DNA from: Candidatus Latescibacterota bacterium
GTDB lineage: Bacteria > Latescibacterota > UBA2968 > UBA8231
DNA length: 64,000 nucleotides
Reading direction: 5' to 3'
Assembly: GCA_965208105.1 (NCBI GenBank)
Contig: OZ242318.1
Span: 4,544,001 to 4,608,000, forward strand
Shown here: one piece after another, positions 17,976 through 27,996 of the stretch
Position numbering within the stretch: position 1 is the first letter of the stretch
Layout of the letters: the number at the start of each line of letters is the position of its first letter
Translations under genes and position numbers: made by a program
Notes under the pieces: generated by a model
What the model saw: only the letters and a program-made list of their open reading frames with translations
What the model was told of the DNA's origin: nothing
The model's database searches: none

Positions 17976-20450
17976 TCAGGTTGGAATCAGCCGCTTCCCA
18001 GCTGACCGGTGCGGGCAGGACTCGCCCCAGTCCAGGGCCAGACTCGTCCTTCCCTCCATTTTCACCACCTCCAGCCCCGCCTCCGGCTTCTCCACCACCT
18101 CGACCAGCAGCGCCCGCGTCAGGCTGGCGATATCGGCTTCGGCGGGGGCCAACCAGGATCTCCACCGGGCGTCGGGGACAACCACCTGCAGGCGCTCAAG
18201 GGGGGTGCCCAGGGGCAATTTGGCAGCGCTTTTTCGGCGCCGGACAACGGTCCCCACGTCCACCAGCACCGCCCCCAGGCGCCGGGCTTCCTTCGAGCGC
18301 AGGGTTTCGTCCACCTGCGGCCAGGATTCCTGGTGCAGCGATCCACCCCCCGCTAGATGGGAGAAAAGCGCCTGGTAAATCGCCTCGGTGACATAGGGGA
18401 GAAATGGCGCCAGCAGCTTGACGCTGGTTGCGAGGCAGCGCTCCAGGGTCCAGCAGGCTCCGCGGCGGGGGCCGACGCTGCGGCCATAGAGCCGCTTCTT
18501 GGCCATTTCGAGGTAGTTGTCGGCCAGGTCTCGCCAGAAAAAGGTCACGATCGCGCTTTTGGCCACGGCGTGGTCATAGCCTTCCAAGGCCCTGGTCGCC
18601 TGCAGATTCACCTCCTGGAGCTGGGCGAGAATCCAGGCGTCGGCCGGCGATAGATCCGGCCTTTCTTCAGCTGCCGCCCGATGGAGAAAGGGCGCACTGA
18701 ACCGGGCCACGTTCCACAGCTTGGTCGAGAGCCGGGCCCCCGCCTGCATCTTGTCCTCGCTGATGCGCGCGTCCCGCCCCAGCCCGGTGCTGGCGGACCA
18801 ATAGCGCAGGGCATCTGCCGGGTAGCGGGAAAGCAACTGTTTCGGGCTGAGGGCGCTTCCACCGCGGCTTTTGCTGATCTTGCCCTGCCCCTCCGGTGCC
18901 AGGCCCCATCCGGACACGGCAACTGTCCTCCAGGGCAGGCTGCCGAAGTGGTGCCGGGCCCGGACGAGGGAATAGAATGCCCAGCTGCGGATGATCTCGT
19001 GGGCCAGGGGCCGCACGCTGAAGGGATGGACGCGGCCGTATAGATCATCGTCCTGTCCCAGGCCCCCGGCGATCTGAGGGGTCAATGACGAGGTCGCCCA
19101 GGTGTCCATCACGTCACTTTCCCCGCGCCATTTCGAGGCCCCGCAAATGCAGGAGCCCGACGGCCGGCTTTGCCGCGGGTCGACGGGCAATTCGCCCATC
19201 GAGGCCACCCTTTCCCGCCCACAGGCGGAGCAGTGCCAGGCTGGGAAGGGCACTCCGAAGAAGCGCTGCCGGGAAATGCACCAGTCCCAGGCGAGGCCCT
19301 CCACCCATTGGCGGTAACGGATGCCCATATGGGCGGGCCGCCAGTCCAGCTGCTTCCCCATTTCCACGAGTTCCTCCTTGTAGTCCAGGACGCGCACGAA
19401 CCACTGGGGTGTCACCCGGTATTCCACCGGAGTTCCGCAGCGCTCGTGCACCCGCACCGCCTGGGGCAAGGACCGTTCACCCAGCAGTGCTCCACAACCA
19501 TCCAGGGCCTTCAGGGTCGGGGCACGCGCGTCGACCGCGGGCAGACCACGTCCAGGACCCCTGGTCAGGTGACCGCGGCGGTCGAGGACTTCGATGAGCT
19601 CCAGATCGTACTCGCGCCACCACTCCACGTCCGCGGAGTCCCCGAAGGTACAGCACATGACCGCGCCGGAGCCCTTGTCCGGGTCGACCCCGGAATCCGT
19701 CCGCACCTCGACCCGGCGCCCATCCAGGGGGACCTCCACCCGCCCGCCGATCAGGGAGGAGAATCGAGGGTCTCCAGGATGGACGAACACGGCCACACAG
19801 GCAGGCAACAACTCGGGCCTGGTCGTGGCCACCGGAAGCGCGCCTCCCTCAGCCAGGGCGAATGCAATGGTATGCATGGCGCTCTTCCTCTCGATTTCCT
19901 CCAGGTCGGCCTGGGAAATGGCCGTGACGCAGGCCGGGCACCAGATGACCGGAGCCTCCCTCCGGTAGACCAGGTCCTTTTCCCATAAGTCCACGAAAGC
20001 CCATTGGGCAAGCCGGACCGCCTCGATGGTGCGGTATGTCCGGGTCCAGTCCACCGACAGGCCCAGTTCCCGGAACAATTCCCGGTATTCTCCGGCGGCC
20101 TCTCTGCTCAGCGCCTGGCAGCGGGCGCGGAAACGGGCGGGCTCAAACTCCTCGGCCCTTCGCCCCAGCTCGCGCTCCACCAGCTGCTCCGTGGGCAACC
20201 CGTTGTCGTCGAAGCCCATGGGGTAGAACACGGCGCGGCCCCTCATGCGCTGGAAACGGGCGATGAAATCGGTCTGGCAGTAGGAATAGACGTGGCCCAT
20301 GTGCAGCTTCCCCGAGACCGTGGGAGGGGGAGTGTCGATGGAGTGAATGGGCTGTCCCTGGCGCACGGCAAAGCGGTGGACCCCGCGTTCTTCCCAGAAT
20401 GCCCGCAGGCGGGGTTCCTCGGTCCTGAACTCGAATCTTTTCGCAAGCAT
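17976..20450 (-). CDS. valS: Valine--tRNA ligase, short archaeal-type (type 2) form
   Basis: IDTPPPTVSGKLHMGH (HIGH), PMGFDDNGLPTE, ATTRPELL, WDWCISRQR, DVMDTWATSS, KISKS (KMSKS). ATG 20450 after AAGGAG; 824 aa. Confidence 0.92.
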   Translation of the reverse strand: MLAKRFEFRTEEPRLRAFWEERGVHRFAVRQGQPIHSIDTPPPTVSGKLHMGHVYSYCQTDFIARFQRMRGRAVFYPMGFDDNGLPTEQLVERELGRRAEEFEPARFRARCQALSREAAGEYRELFRELGLSVDWTRTYRTIEAVRLAQWAFVDLWEKDLVYRREAPVIWCPACVTAISQADLEEIERKSAMHTIAFALAEGGALPVATTRPELLPACVAVFVHPGDPRFSSLIGGRVEVPLDGRRVEVRTDSGVDPDKGSGAVMCCTFGDSADVEWWREYDLELIEVLDRRGHLTRGPGRGLPAVDARAPTLKALDGCGALLGERSLPQAVRVHERCGTPVEYRVTPQWFVRVLDYKEELVEMGKQLDWRPAHMGIRYRQWVEGLAWDWCISRQRFFGVPFPAWHCSACGRERVASMGELPVDPRQSRPSGSCICGASKWRGESDVMDTWATSSLTPQIAGGLGQDDDLYGRVHPFSVRPLAHEIIRSWAFYSLVRARHHFGSLPWRTVAVSGWGLAPEGQGKISKSRGGSALSPKQLLSRYPADALRYWSASTGLGRDARISEDKMQAGARLSTKLWNVARFSAPFLHRAAAEERPDLSPADAWILAQLQEVNLQATRALEGYDHAVAKSAIVTFFWRDLADNYLEMAKKRLYGRSVGPRRGACWTLERCLATSVKLLAPFLPYVTEAIYQALFSHLAGGGSLHQESWPQVDETLRSKEARRLGAVLVDVGTVVRRRKSAAKLPLGTPLERLQVVVPDARWRSWLAPAEADIASLTRALLVEVVEKPEAGLEVVKMEGRTSLALDWGESCPHRSAGKRLIPT

Positions 20451-20472
20451 GGGGTCTCCTTCCTGAATTGAT

Positions 20473-20513
20473 AAAAAAAACCCGCTCCGGGTCGGGATCG
20501 ACAGCGGGCGGGT
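20473..20513 (-). terminator. Attenuator-type terminator just upstream of valS
   Basis: Minus strand (a)cccgc...cccgct..agcgggt followed by a T8 tract, about 22 nt before the valS ATG. Confidence 0.65.
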
Positions 20514-20550
20514 CAAGGCCAAGGTTCGGCGTGATTTAACGGCGCCGCGG

Positions 20551-20640
20551 TCAGAACATGGCCGTCCCTACCAGCGGAGATACGGTCTCTGCCATCCACA
20601 CCGGCCCTGCTCCAGGGTTGCCGGAAGCTCTGATCGCCAT
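20551..20640 (-). CDS. Candidate leader peptide 2, MAIRASGNPGAGPVWMAETVSPLVGTAMF
   Basis: Strong RBS (GAAGGGGG) and ATG. Val codons GTG, GTA, GTA. Stop followed by hairpin-forming sequence and a terminator. Confidence 0.45.
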   Translation of the reverse strand: MAIRASGNPGAGPVWMAETVSPLVGTAMF

Positions 20641-20702
20641 TTCAAAATCCCCCTTCAGGACTCGCAGCCTCCGAGCCTGTGAGTGTTTGTCCGGAAATGG
20701 AC

Positions 20703-20737
20703 AAAAAAACCGCCGCCGAGTCGAACTCGGCGGCGGT
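20703..20737 (-). terminator. Strong intrinsic terminator (attenuator 1)
   Basis: Perfect 12-bp stem accgccgccgag-TTCGA-ctcggcggcggt plus T7 tract on the minus strand. Confidence 0.85.
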
Positions 20738-20762
20738 GGGTAGCTAAAGTTGCCTTCGATCC

Positions 20763-20861
20763 TCAGGCCATGACCGCCGCCGTCTCCTCGCCTACACCTA
20801 CGAACGGAACCTGCCCTTCTGGCTGGGCAGCGGCGGGGAAATTCGGAACCTGACTGGTCAT
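20763..20861 (-). CDS. Candidate leader peptide 1, MTSQVPNFPAAAQPEGQVPFVGVGEETAAVMA
   Basis: 32-aa ORF with 5 Val codons (GTT, GTT, GTA, GTA, GTC). Its 3' end contains cggcggcggt, complementary to the 5' arm of the downstream terminator. RBS is weak. Confidence 0.5.
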   Translation of the reverse strand: MTSQVPNFPAAAQPEGQVPFVGVGEETAAVMA

Positions 20862-20911
20862 GGGTCTGCAATCCGGGTCAGTGGAAAATTCCAGATAAAA
20901 ACCTCGGAATC

Positions 20912-20940
20912 AAAATAGGAATCCCGGCGCAGGAGGTCAA
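20912..20940 (-). promoter_or_regulatory. Putative sigma70 promoter of the valS leader
   Basis: TTGACC (20935-20940), 17-nt spacer, TATTTT (20912-20917) on the minus strand. Confidence 0.55.
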
Positions 20941-21124
20941 GGACACCCCCGCCGCAAGGGCAGGAATACCAGGGCCTTCGGGCTTCCCGGTGGGATTGGC
21001 CCGCGTTTTGCGCCTTAGAGGAGGAGAGAGGGAGACTCGAAGTCTCGGTCAACTGGTTGGCGGACACTTCGGGAAGATCCGAGGCGTGAATCTAAGTACC
21101 AGTTCCGAGGAGTGTTACGCGATC

Positions 21125-22276
21125 ATGGAAGGCATTGAAAAAGGTGCAGGAAGGGAAGGAAAAGGGGGAGTCGCAAGTGGTGAATTGTGGAGGCCTGCGG
21201 CAGATTTTTACAGGCACGGGGAAAATTATTCCTATTTAGCGGGTTCGCCTGGGCAGCCCCTCCAATCCCGGGGTGATGGTTTCGCCCGATACCGGGGGCT
21301 TCTGAAGAGGCATGTCTCGCGCGCCGCACTGGGGCTGGCGCTGATTGGAGCGTGTCTCTGGTGCCTGGGCTGCGGTTCCCGGTCCGAAGGAACGGATGGG
21401 GAGGCGTATTACCTCAGGGGCGCGTCTGGGTCCGGGGCTTTCGTCGCCAAGGCGGCCGTTCACCCGGCACCAGGGCTGCCCGCTTCCCGGGAGCTCGAGG
21501 CGGGACAGGTTGCGGATGATCCTTATCCTCAGGATCCTGCAATCTCCTCCTTGCCCCTTCCGGGGAAGGATGCCGTGGAGGGAATGGAAGATCCGGTCCT
21601 CGACGATTTCCGCTCCATTGTCGACAACGAGCAGCGCAAAGCTCGATTTTTCGCATTTTTGCGGCCGTTGGTCGAAACCGAAAACAGGCGCCTCGAAGCG
21701 GAGCGCCAGGCCCTGCAGAGACTGCACGAAAAATTCCGCCGGGTTGGGGGCCTTAACGCCACCGAGTTGGCCTGGTTGCAGGAACGAGCGGCGGAATACC
21801 GCCTCGGTGACCTGCCCATACCTTCCGAGGAGGTCTTTCGCCTCCTGCTGCAGCGGATCGACTCCCTGCCGGTGGAATTGGTGCTTTCCCAGGCCGCATT
21901 CGAGTCGGGCTGGGGATGCTCGCGCTTCGCCAGGGAGGGGTTCAACCTGTTCGGCGAATGGTGCTTCGAGGCCGGTTGCGGGCTGGTCCCCATGCGGAGA
22001 GAGGCGGGAGCAACTCACGAAGTTGCCGTTTTCGACAGCCCGCGCAGATCGGTGCAATCCTACATGCGCAATCTCAACGCCCATCCCGCCTACCAGGGTC
22101 TGCGCCTGCTGCGAACCGAGAAGCGGCTCCAGGGCGAGCGGGCGGACGGATTTACCCTTGCCGCCGGCCTGATGGGTTATTCGGAAATGGGCCAGGAGTA
22201 CGTCGACCGGCTGTGCCTTATCATGCGCCACAACCAGGCGCTCATGGCGGGCGGAGGGCAAGGGGTAGCCTTGTAG
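21125..22276 (+). CDS. Bax-like glucosaminidase (GH73) domain protein
   Basis: RKARFFAFLRPLV, LSQAAFESGWGCSRFAREGFNLFGEWCF..GCG, SYMRNLNAHPAY, YSEMG.EYV. Possible lipobox. Start uncertain. Confidence 0.8.
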   Translation: MEGIEKGAGREGKGGVASGELWRPAADFYRHGENYSYLAGSPGQPLQSRGDGFARYRGLLKRHVSRAALGLALIGACLWCLGCGSRSEGTDGEAYYLRGASGSGAFVAKAAVHPAPGLPASRELEAGQVADDPYPQDPAISSLPLPGKDAVEGMEDPVLDDFRSIVDNEQRKARFFAFLRPLVETENRRLEAERQALQRLHEKFRRVGGLNATELAWLQERAAEYRLGDLPIPSEEVFRLLLQRIDSLPVELVLSQAAFESGWGCSRFAREGFNLFGEWCFEAGCGLVPMRREAGATHEVAVFDSPRRSVQSYMRNLNAHPAYQGLRLLRTEKRLQGERADGFTLAAGLMGYSEMGQEYVDRLCLIMRHNQALMAGGGQGVAL

Positions 22277-22584
22277 ACTGTTCAGGCGCAAGGAGCTTGC
22301 CTCACGGGCCAGGGTGTCCGGGCTGGACCCCGTGCTTGCGGCGCCGGTCAACCTACCAGCTTCCCATTCCCGCCTTTGGGCGTGACCGCGGCCTCAGCCT
22401 CTCCTCGAGGGGACCGAGCTCTTTGGGCGGCCTATCCATTAGCAGAAACCTGCCTCCGCTGCCGAATCTTAAAAGGCCCCCAATTTTTGATTTTCATAAT
22501 TTTGTAATATATTCCCCTTAACCATCTGGTCCTCCTGGGGTCGTCCGGTAGATCTCCGGAAACCAGGGGCTGTTCTGAAGGGAG

Positions 22585-23595
22585 ATGAAAATGAGCCTTT
22601 CCGTGCCTGTCTCGAATCGATGCGTGGAGCTTCTGCGCTGTAACCTCGTCCCGGGGGCGATCCCGTTTCTGGTCTTTGCATTGACCACTCTCCTGCCTCA
22701 GCCTGCTTCCGGAGGGGCCTGGACTCTTGAAAAGGGCCGCGTTTGGAGCAAGCTAACCTTCATGTCTCAGTCGACCGATCAACACTATGATGCGGACGGA
22801 AAGGCCGTTGAAATTCCCCTCGACGCCCGCTTCCAATCGCGGCAGGTCTATTTCAGCGTGTACTATGGTCTGACGGACCTGGTTGATCTCGGCCTGCAGG
22901 TCCCCTACATCAGCAACAAGTTCGTTGACAAGGATGAGGGTAATGATACAGCGACTCCGCCGCCTGCTCTGGAACCGGAGTCGGGCATAGGCGATCTGCG
23001 AGGGTTTGCCAAGATAAACCTCCTGCAACAGGCGGGTCTGGTCGGCACCCTGAACCTTGGCTTCAAGCTCCCCGTCGGCGAATACCGACCCGTGCCCGAG
23101 GCCCTTTCCATAACCGGAGGCCAGTGGGATTTCGACGCTGTCGCCCAGCTCGGCCGCTCCTTTTCTCCCGTCCCGGCCTACGCCAATCTCGACCTGGGGT
23201 ACCGCCTGCGCGGAGAATACAAGGACACCGACGACATAGATCCCGACCGCAGCTACACTCCCGGCGCCGAGTTCGTCTTCAACCTGGAGGCGGGCTACAG
23301 CCCAAGGGACAGGCTCCTCGTCGCCCTCAAGTACGAAGGCATGTCAGGTGCCGAGTACGACGCCGTCAGCAACCCCGGCTCACCGGAAACCCTCAGCCAG
23401 AGCGTAGCCTACCTGGTTCCCACGGTCCTCGTCGGCCTGCATGCCAATCTGAGCCTGGAAGCCTCGGCGCGCATGACGGTCAGCGGCAGCAGGTATTTCG
23501 CCGGGTCGACCTACTCGCTGGGTCTCTCCTACACCGGCAACCTTATCGAGAAGCTGATCCACCAGGGGACACCTCCCCCTTTTTCCGGGGAATAG
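22585..23595 (+). CDS. Putative outer-membrane beta-barrel/transporter-like protein
   Basis: Signal peptide ending GAWT; YYGLTD, SGIGDL, GFKLPVG, alternating aromatic strands. Confidence 0.55.
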   Translation: MKMSLSVPVSNRCVELLRCNLVPGAIPFLVFALTTLLPQPASGGAWTLEKGRVWSKLTFMSQSTDQHYDADGKAVEIPLDARFQSRQVYFSVYYGLTDLVDLGLQVPYISNKFVDKDEGNDTATPPPALEPESGIGDLRGFAKINLLQQAGLVGTLNLGFKLPVGEYRPVPEALSITGGQWDFDAVAQLGRSFSPVPAYANLDLGYRLRGEYKDTDDIDPDRSYTPGAEFVFNLEAGYSPRDRLLVALKYEGMSGAEYDAVSNPGSPETLSQSVAYLVPTVLVGLHANLSLEASARMTVSGSRYFAGSTYSLGLSYTGNLIEKLIHQGTPPPFSGE

Positions 23596-23803
23596 GACGG
23601 ATCGAGGCAGCGCATGGAGCTCTTTCGGCTCACCCCCTTTCCTTCCAGGGATGTCTTCCGCCTCCCGAACAGTTCGTCCATTCAATCGGTTGACGAATTG
23701 ACCCCTCCTGGTTATCATTGGAATTACCTTGACTCAACGGATTCCCTTCAGAATCCCCCTTCTTCCCAATTTCTACCCCTTCAACGAATAGCAAGAGGTT
23801 CAA

Positions 23804-24037
23804 ATGAACAACTATCTGAAAACCATTGGAGTATCCATTGGACTATTGGGCGTCGGCGCGGCAGGCGGGCTGGCACTGGGTCTGGCGGCCGGTATCCTGC
23901 TTGCTCCACGCAGCGGGCGGGAATCGCGTGAATCGGTGCGTCGCGGCGTCGGTCAGGCGGTGGACAAGGGCCGCACCTACGTAGACAAGATTCGCACCCA
24001 CGTGGGCGACGGAGTAGAGACGGTCGCGGAGGAATAG
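23804..24037 (+). CDS. YtxH-domain small protein
   Basis: GLAAGILLAPRSGRESRE signature after a hydrophobic segment. Confidence 0.7.
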   Translation: MNNYLKTIGVSIGLLGVGAAGGLALGLAAGILLAPRSGRESRESVRRGVGQAVDKGRTYVDKIRTHVGDGVETVAEE

Positions 24038-24397
24038 TTCTCCAGGCCTGTCTCCGTGCCTCGATTCGCAAAGAGGTCCGGCTGAAAAATATCCGGCCCA
24101 GGGTGAGTGGGCCTGGTTCCGCCGTACCGCGCGCCCGTTCAGACCGGCATCAACGGGAATGCCCTTGGTGGAAATGGACCGGGGTTCCATCCTCCGGGAC
24201 GCGGTTGCCTGGGGGCTTTCGCTTGTCGTATTTGCTGGGAGGCGGCCGGGTCGCCTTGCCCGTTCCGAGTTGAAACGCTCGACCGATCCGGCATACCCCT
24301 TCCGCTAAATTATCGTCCAAAGCGATAACCGCACTGGTTATCGCACCCCATTGGATTGATGCGATAAGGCGTATGGGCATTTTCCAGGTCTCCTCAA

Positions 24398-25573
24398 ATG
24401 CATATACCTGAGGCATATCGGCCGGGCTACGAGAAGGCTCGGGTGTCCGACCCCGAGCTCGCCAGGACCTACATCGAGCACACCCTCATAGCCGACCCCG
24501 AAGCGGATGCACTGGTAAATGAGCTGGCAGCAGCCGACCAGGTGCAGCAGGGAGAGTTCATCCGGGCCGGAATGGACCAGGATGAGGAGGGATTGCGCTC
24601 TGCACCCGGGATAGTGAGGGATTTCTTCGATCGGGTCGGGACTCCTCCCGAGTGGTTCGATCCCCTGGTGGTTTCGGCGGGATGCCGCAAATTCCACGCC
24701 TACTCCGACCTGTTTCTCACCGCCTTCGTCACCGATATCATCGTCCGCGGCTTCACGACCCTGATCAGCCAGTCTTTCTTCATCACGGGAAGGCTGACCG
24801 ACCGGGGAGTGCGGCGGCTGCGGCAAAATATCCGTCACCTCCTGGAGATCACCATGCCGGGCGGCCTGGACCGGCAAGGGGAGGGCTGGAAGCTGTCCGT
24901 CCGCCTGAGGCTGGTTCACGCGCGGGTCAGGCAACAGCTTCTCGGTTCCGAAGATTGGGACCAGGAAGCTCACGGAATGCCGATCAGCGCCGCCCACGTC
25001 GCCCTCGCGACCTGCAACTTCTCGGGCATCATGCTGTGGGCAGCCGGGAGAATCGGAGCACGCCTGAACGAGGACGAGCGCTCCAGTTTCATGCAGATCT
25101 GGCGCTACACCGCCTGGCTGATGGGAGTGCCCGACGCGCTGCTGTTCCGCGATGAGGCCGAGGCCCGCAAAATTTTCCGGGTGGGCTACATGTGCGAGCC
25201 TCCGTTCGGCCTCGAGGCCATTGCCATGGCCAACTCGGTAATAAACTCGGCCCCCCTGGTTATCGGCATTGAAGACCGGGACCAGCGCAAATCCCTGATT
25301 AAGTTCGGATACCGTCTTTCCAGGGCATTGCTCGGGGACGAACTCGCCGACCGGCTCAGGTTCCCCAAAAGTCGGACGGCCGGGACCCTGGCCTACTTGC
25401 GCGCCAAGCGCAGATTCCAGGAGGCGGTTGCGGCCCTGAGGGGCGGCGGGCGGCCCGCCGGAAGTCTGCGCGCCCAGAACTTCATGACCATGCTCGACAT
25501 CTCCGTGCTCGACGAGGAACGGATCAGCTACCGGCTGCCCGACGAGCTGCACGGAGACCCGAAGAGTTGGTGA
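24398..25573 (+). CDS. MpaB/Lcp (DUF2236) family heme oxygenase-like protein
   Basis: ADPEADALV, PEWFD, TGRL...RRL, VRLRLVHARVR, W...HGMPIS, WRYTAWLMGVP. Confidence 0.8.
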   Translation: MHIPEAYRPGYEKARVSDPELARTYIEHTLIADPEADALVNELAAADQVQQGEFIRAGMDQDEEGLRSAPGIVRDFFDRVGTPPEWFDPLVVSAGCRKFHAYSDLFLTAFVTDIIVRGFTTLISQSFFITGRLTDRGVRRLRQNIRHLLEITMPGGLDRQGEGWKLSVRLRLVHARVRQQLLGSEDWDQEAHGMPISAAHVALATCNFSGIMLWAAGRIGARLNEDERSSFMQIWRYTAWLMGVPDALLFRDEAEARKIFRVGYMCEPPFGLEAIAMANSVINSAPLVIGIEDRDQRKSLIKFGYRLSRALLGDELADRLRFPKSRTAGTLAYLRAKRRFQEAVAALRGGGRPAGSLRAQNFMTMLDISVLDEERISYRLPDELHGDPKSW

Positions 25574-25636
25574 AGCACCATCTTTTCAGGGTAGACGATC
25601 CGCGGAACCTCGCCTTCGAACCCCAGGAGAACACCC

Positions 25637-27919
25637 ATGTTCCTGGAAAGCTACATCGCCGCCATCCTGCGCCTCAGGTGGATGGTGGTGGCCCTGGCGA
25701 CGCTGGTCATGCTGGCCGCCGGGGCTGGAGTCCGCCACCTCACGGTCACCAACGATTACCGCATCCTGTTCAGCGCGGACAATCCGCAGTTTCTCGCCCT
25801 CGACGCCCTGGAGAACACCTACTCCGGATCCAACAGCGCCCTGATTGCCGTTGCCCCGCGCACCGGTTCGGTATTTACCCGCGAGGTTCTCGCTGCGGTT
25901 GAGGAGCTGACAGAAGCCGGGTGGAGGGCCCCCTGTTCCAGCCGGGTGAACTCCCTCACCAACCATACCCACAGCGAAGCCTTCGAGGATGAGCTCGTCG
26001 TCGCCCCTCTTGTAGATGATGCGGCATCGATGAGCGATGGCGAGTTGGCCCGGGTGGAGGGGATCGCCCTGGACTCGCCCGAAATCGCCGGGCGCCTGGT
26101 CTCACACGACGGCAGAACCGCAGGAGTGGCGATCAATTTTATTCTGCCCGAGAACCCTGACCAGGCTGTATTCGAAATTACCGACTACCTCAACTCGCTT
26201 CTGGATCAAGCCCGCGCCGAGCGCCCTGGAATCGATTACTACCTCACCGGGGACGTGGTGATGAACCGGGCATTTTCCGATGCCACCCGGATGGACCTCG
26301 AGACCCTCACCCCCATCGTATTTCTCATCATCGTGGTCCTCTCGATTGTTCTCCTGCGTTCGCTTTTGGGCACGGTGGCCATAATCGCCGTACTCCTCTT
26401 CGTAATCAATACCACCATGGGATCCGCCGGCTGGGCGCAGGTGGTGTTCAGTCCCACCAACGCCGGGGTGCCGATCATCGTCATGGTGATAGCCATGGCC
26501 GATTCGATCCACATCGTCACCAGTGTCCTTCGGGGTATACGGCGAGGCCTGGGCCGCAATGCCGCCATCGTCGATGCGTTCCACGTCAATGCCTCTCCCA
26601 TATTGATCACCTCGATCACCACCGCGATCGGCTTCCTCAGCCTGAATGCCTCGGATTCGCCTCCTTTTCACGTGCTCGGCAACTGCGTGGCGTTCGGCGT
26701 CCTGTGCGCCTTCGCATACACCATGACCCTCCTGCCTGCCCTGCTTGCGCTGCTTCCGTTGCGCACGCCCCGGGTCTCCTCCGAGGGAAGCGCCTTCTTC
26801 GACCGCCTCGCCGACTTCGTCATCGCGCGGAGGAGACTGCTTCTGGGCTCCCTGACCCTGGTGGTCGTCGTCCTGGCCCTGGGCATTCCGCGGATCGAGC
26901 TCAGCGACAACATGGCCCGGTATTTTGACGAACGCTACCAGTTCAGGCGGGACACCGATTTCATCACGGAGAACCTGACCGGGGTGGACAAGCTGGAATA
27001 CTCGCTGGAGTCGGGGAGCGAAGGAGGCATCACCGACCCGGGTTATCTGCGCCACGTCGAGGCTTTCGCCGAGTGGTACAGGAAGCAACCCGAAGTGACC
27101 CACGTCCAGGCTTTTTCGGACATAATGAAGCGTCTCAACCAGAACATGCACGGCGACGACCCGGAATTCTACCGCCTGCCCGAGGATCCCGACCTGGCGG
27201 CGCAGTACCTCTTGCTCTACGAGCTGTCGCTTCCGTTCGGCAGCGACCTCAACGACCGCATAGACGTGGCCAAATCCGCCACCCGCATGGTGGTGGTGAC
27301 CAGAAACGCGTGGTCTCGGGATATACGTGAGTTGGACAAGCGCGCCCGCGACTGGCTGAGCGCAAATGCCCCCGATTTTACCCGCGAAGCATCGGGCTTG
27401 AGCGTGGTCTTCGCCCACCTGTCCCTGCGCAATATCAACAGCATGCTGCGCGGAACGATCCTGGCGATGGCTCTCATCTCGTTCATCCTCATCTGGATCT
27501 TCAAGAGCGTGCGAACCGGCCTTCTGAGCCTTCTCCCGAATTTCATCCCGGCCGTCATGAGCTTCGGTCTCTGGGGCTATCTCGTCGGAAACGTGGGCAT
27601 TGCTTCCTCGGTGGTCATCGCCGTGGTCTTCGGGATAGTCGTGGACGACACCATTCATTTTCTGAGTAAATATCTGAAAGCTCGGCGCCAGGGCCTTCCT
27701 GCACCGGAGGCGGTGCGCTTCGCATTCCACACCGTGGGCCATGCGCTGTGGACTACGACCGCGGTGCTGTCGGCCGGATTCCTCGTTTTCGCCACGTCGG
27801 GGTTCGAGGTCAGCTGGGCACTCGGCCTTCTGGTCACAATCACCATCGTCTTCGCGCTCGTAGCCGACTTTCTCCTCCTTCCCACGCTGCTCATGGCCAT
27901 CGACGGGAGGAACCGATGA
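25637..27919 (+). CDS. MMPL/RND-family inner-membrane transporter
   Basis: Two repeats of a periplasmic domain plus TM bundle; ADSIHI, TSITTAIGFLSL, GIVVDDTIHFL. Confidence 0.88.
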   Translation: MFLESYIAAILRLRWMVVALATLVMLAAGAGVRHLTVTNDYRILFSADNPQFLALDALENTYSGSNSALIAVAPRTGSVFTREVLAAVEELTEAGWRAPCSSRVNSLTNHTHSEAFEDELVVAPLVDDAASMSDGELARVEGIALDSPEIAGRLVSHDGRTAGVAINFILPENPDQAVFEITDYLNSLLDQARAERPGIDYYLTGDVVMNRAFSDATRMDLETLTPIVFLIIVVLSIVLLRSLLGTVAIIAVLLFVINTTMGSAGWAQVVFSPTNAGVPIIVMVIAMADSIHIVTSVLRGIRRGLGRNAAIVDAFHVNASPILITSITTAIGFLSLNASDSPPFHVLGNCVAFGVLCAFAYTMTLLPALLALLPLRTPRVSSEGSAFFDRLADFVIARRRLLLGSLTLVVVVLALGIPRIELSDNMARYFDERYQFRRDTDFITENLTGVDKLEYSLESGSEGGITDPGYLRHVEAFAEWYRKQPEVTHVQAFSDIMKRLNQNMHGDDPEFYRLPEDPDLAAQYLLLYELSLPFGSDLNDRIDVAKSATRMVVVTRNAWSRDIRELDKRARDWLSANAPDFTREASGLSVVFAHLSLRNINSMLRGTILAMALISFILIWIFKSVRTGLLSLLPNFIPAVMSFGLWGYLVGNVGIASSVVIAVVFGIVVDDTIHFLSKYLKARRQGLPAPEAVRFAFHTVGHALWTTTAVLSAGFLVFATSGFEVSWALGLLVTITIVFALVADFLLLPTLLMAIDGRNR

Positions 27920-27996
27920 CCGCGCCTTCTCCCGCAGCAGCCGGGCATCCTGGAGGAGGCTGGATATCACTGACGACCATTGAGTAGACTTCCGCC

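Noticed and set aside
20451-20700. T-box riboswitch upstream of valS
   Set aside because: No GGTGGNACCGCG-like T-box sequence on the minus strand; leader-peptide attenuation fits better.
20703-20905. Stand-alone 6S or SRP RNA
   Set aside because: Size and some pairing (ccatgacc/ggtcatgg) are compatible with a structured RNA, but the SRP core motif is absent, the ends do not form a clear 6S closing stem, and the Val ORF plus exact antiterminator match explain it better. Not fully excluded without an Rfam scan.
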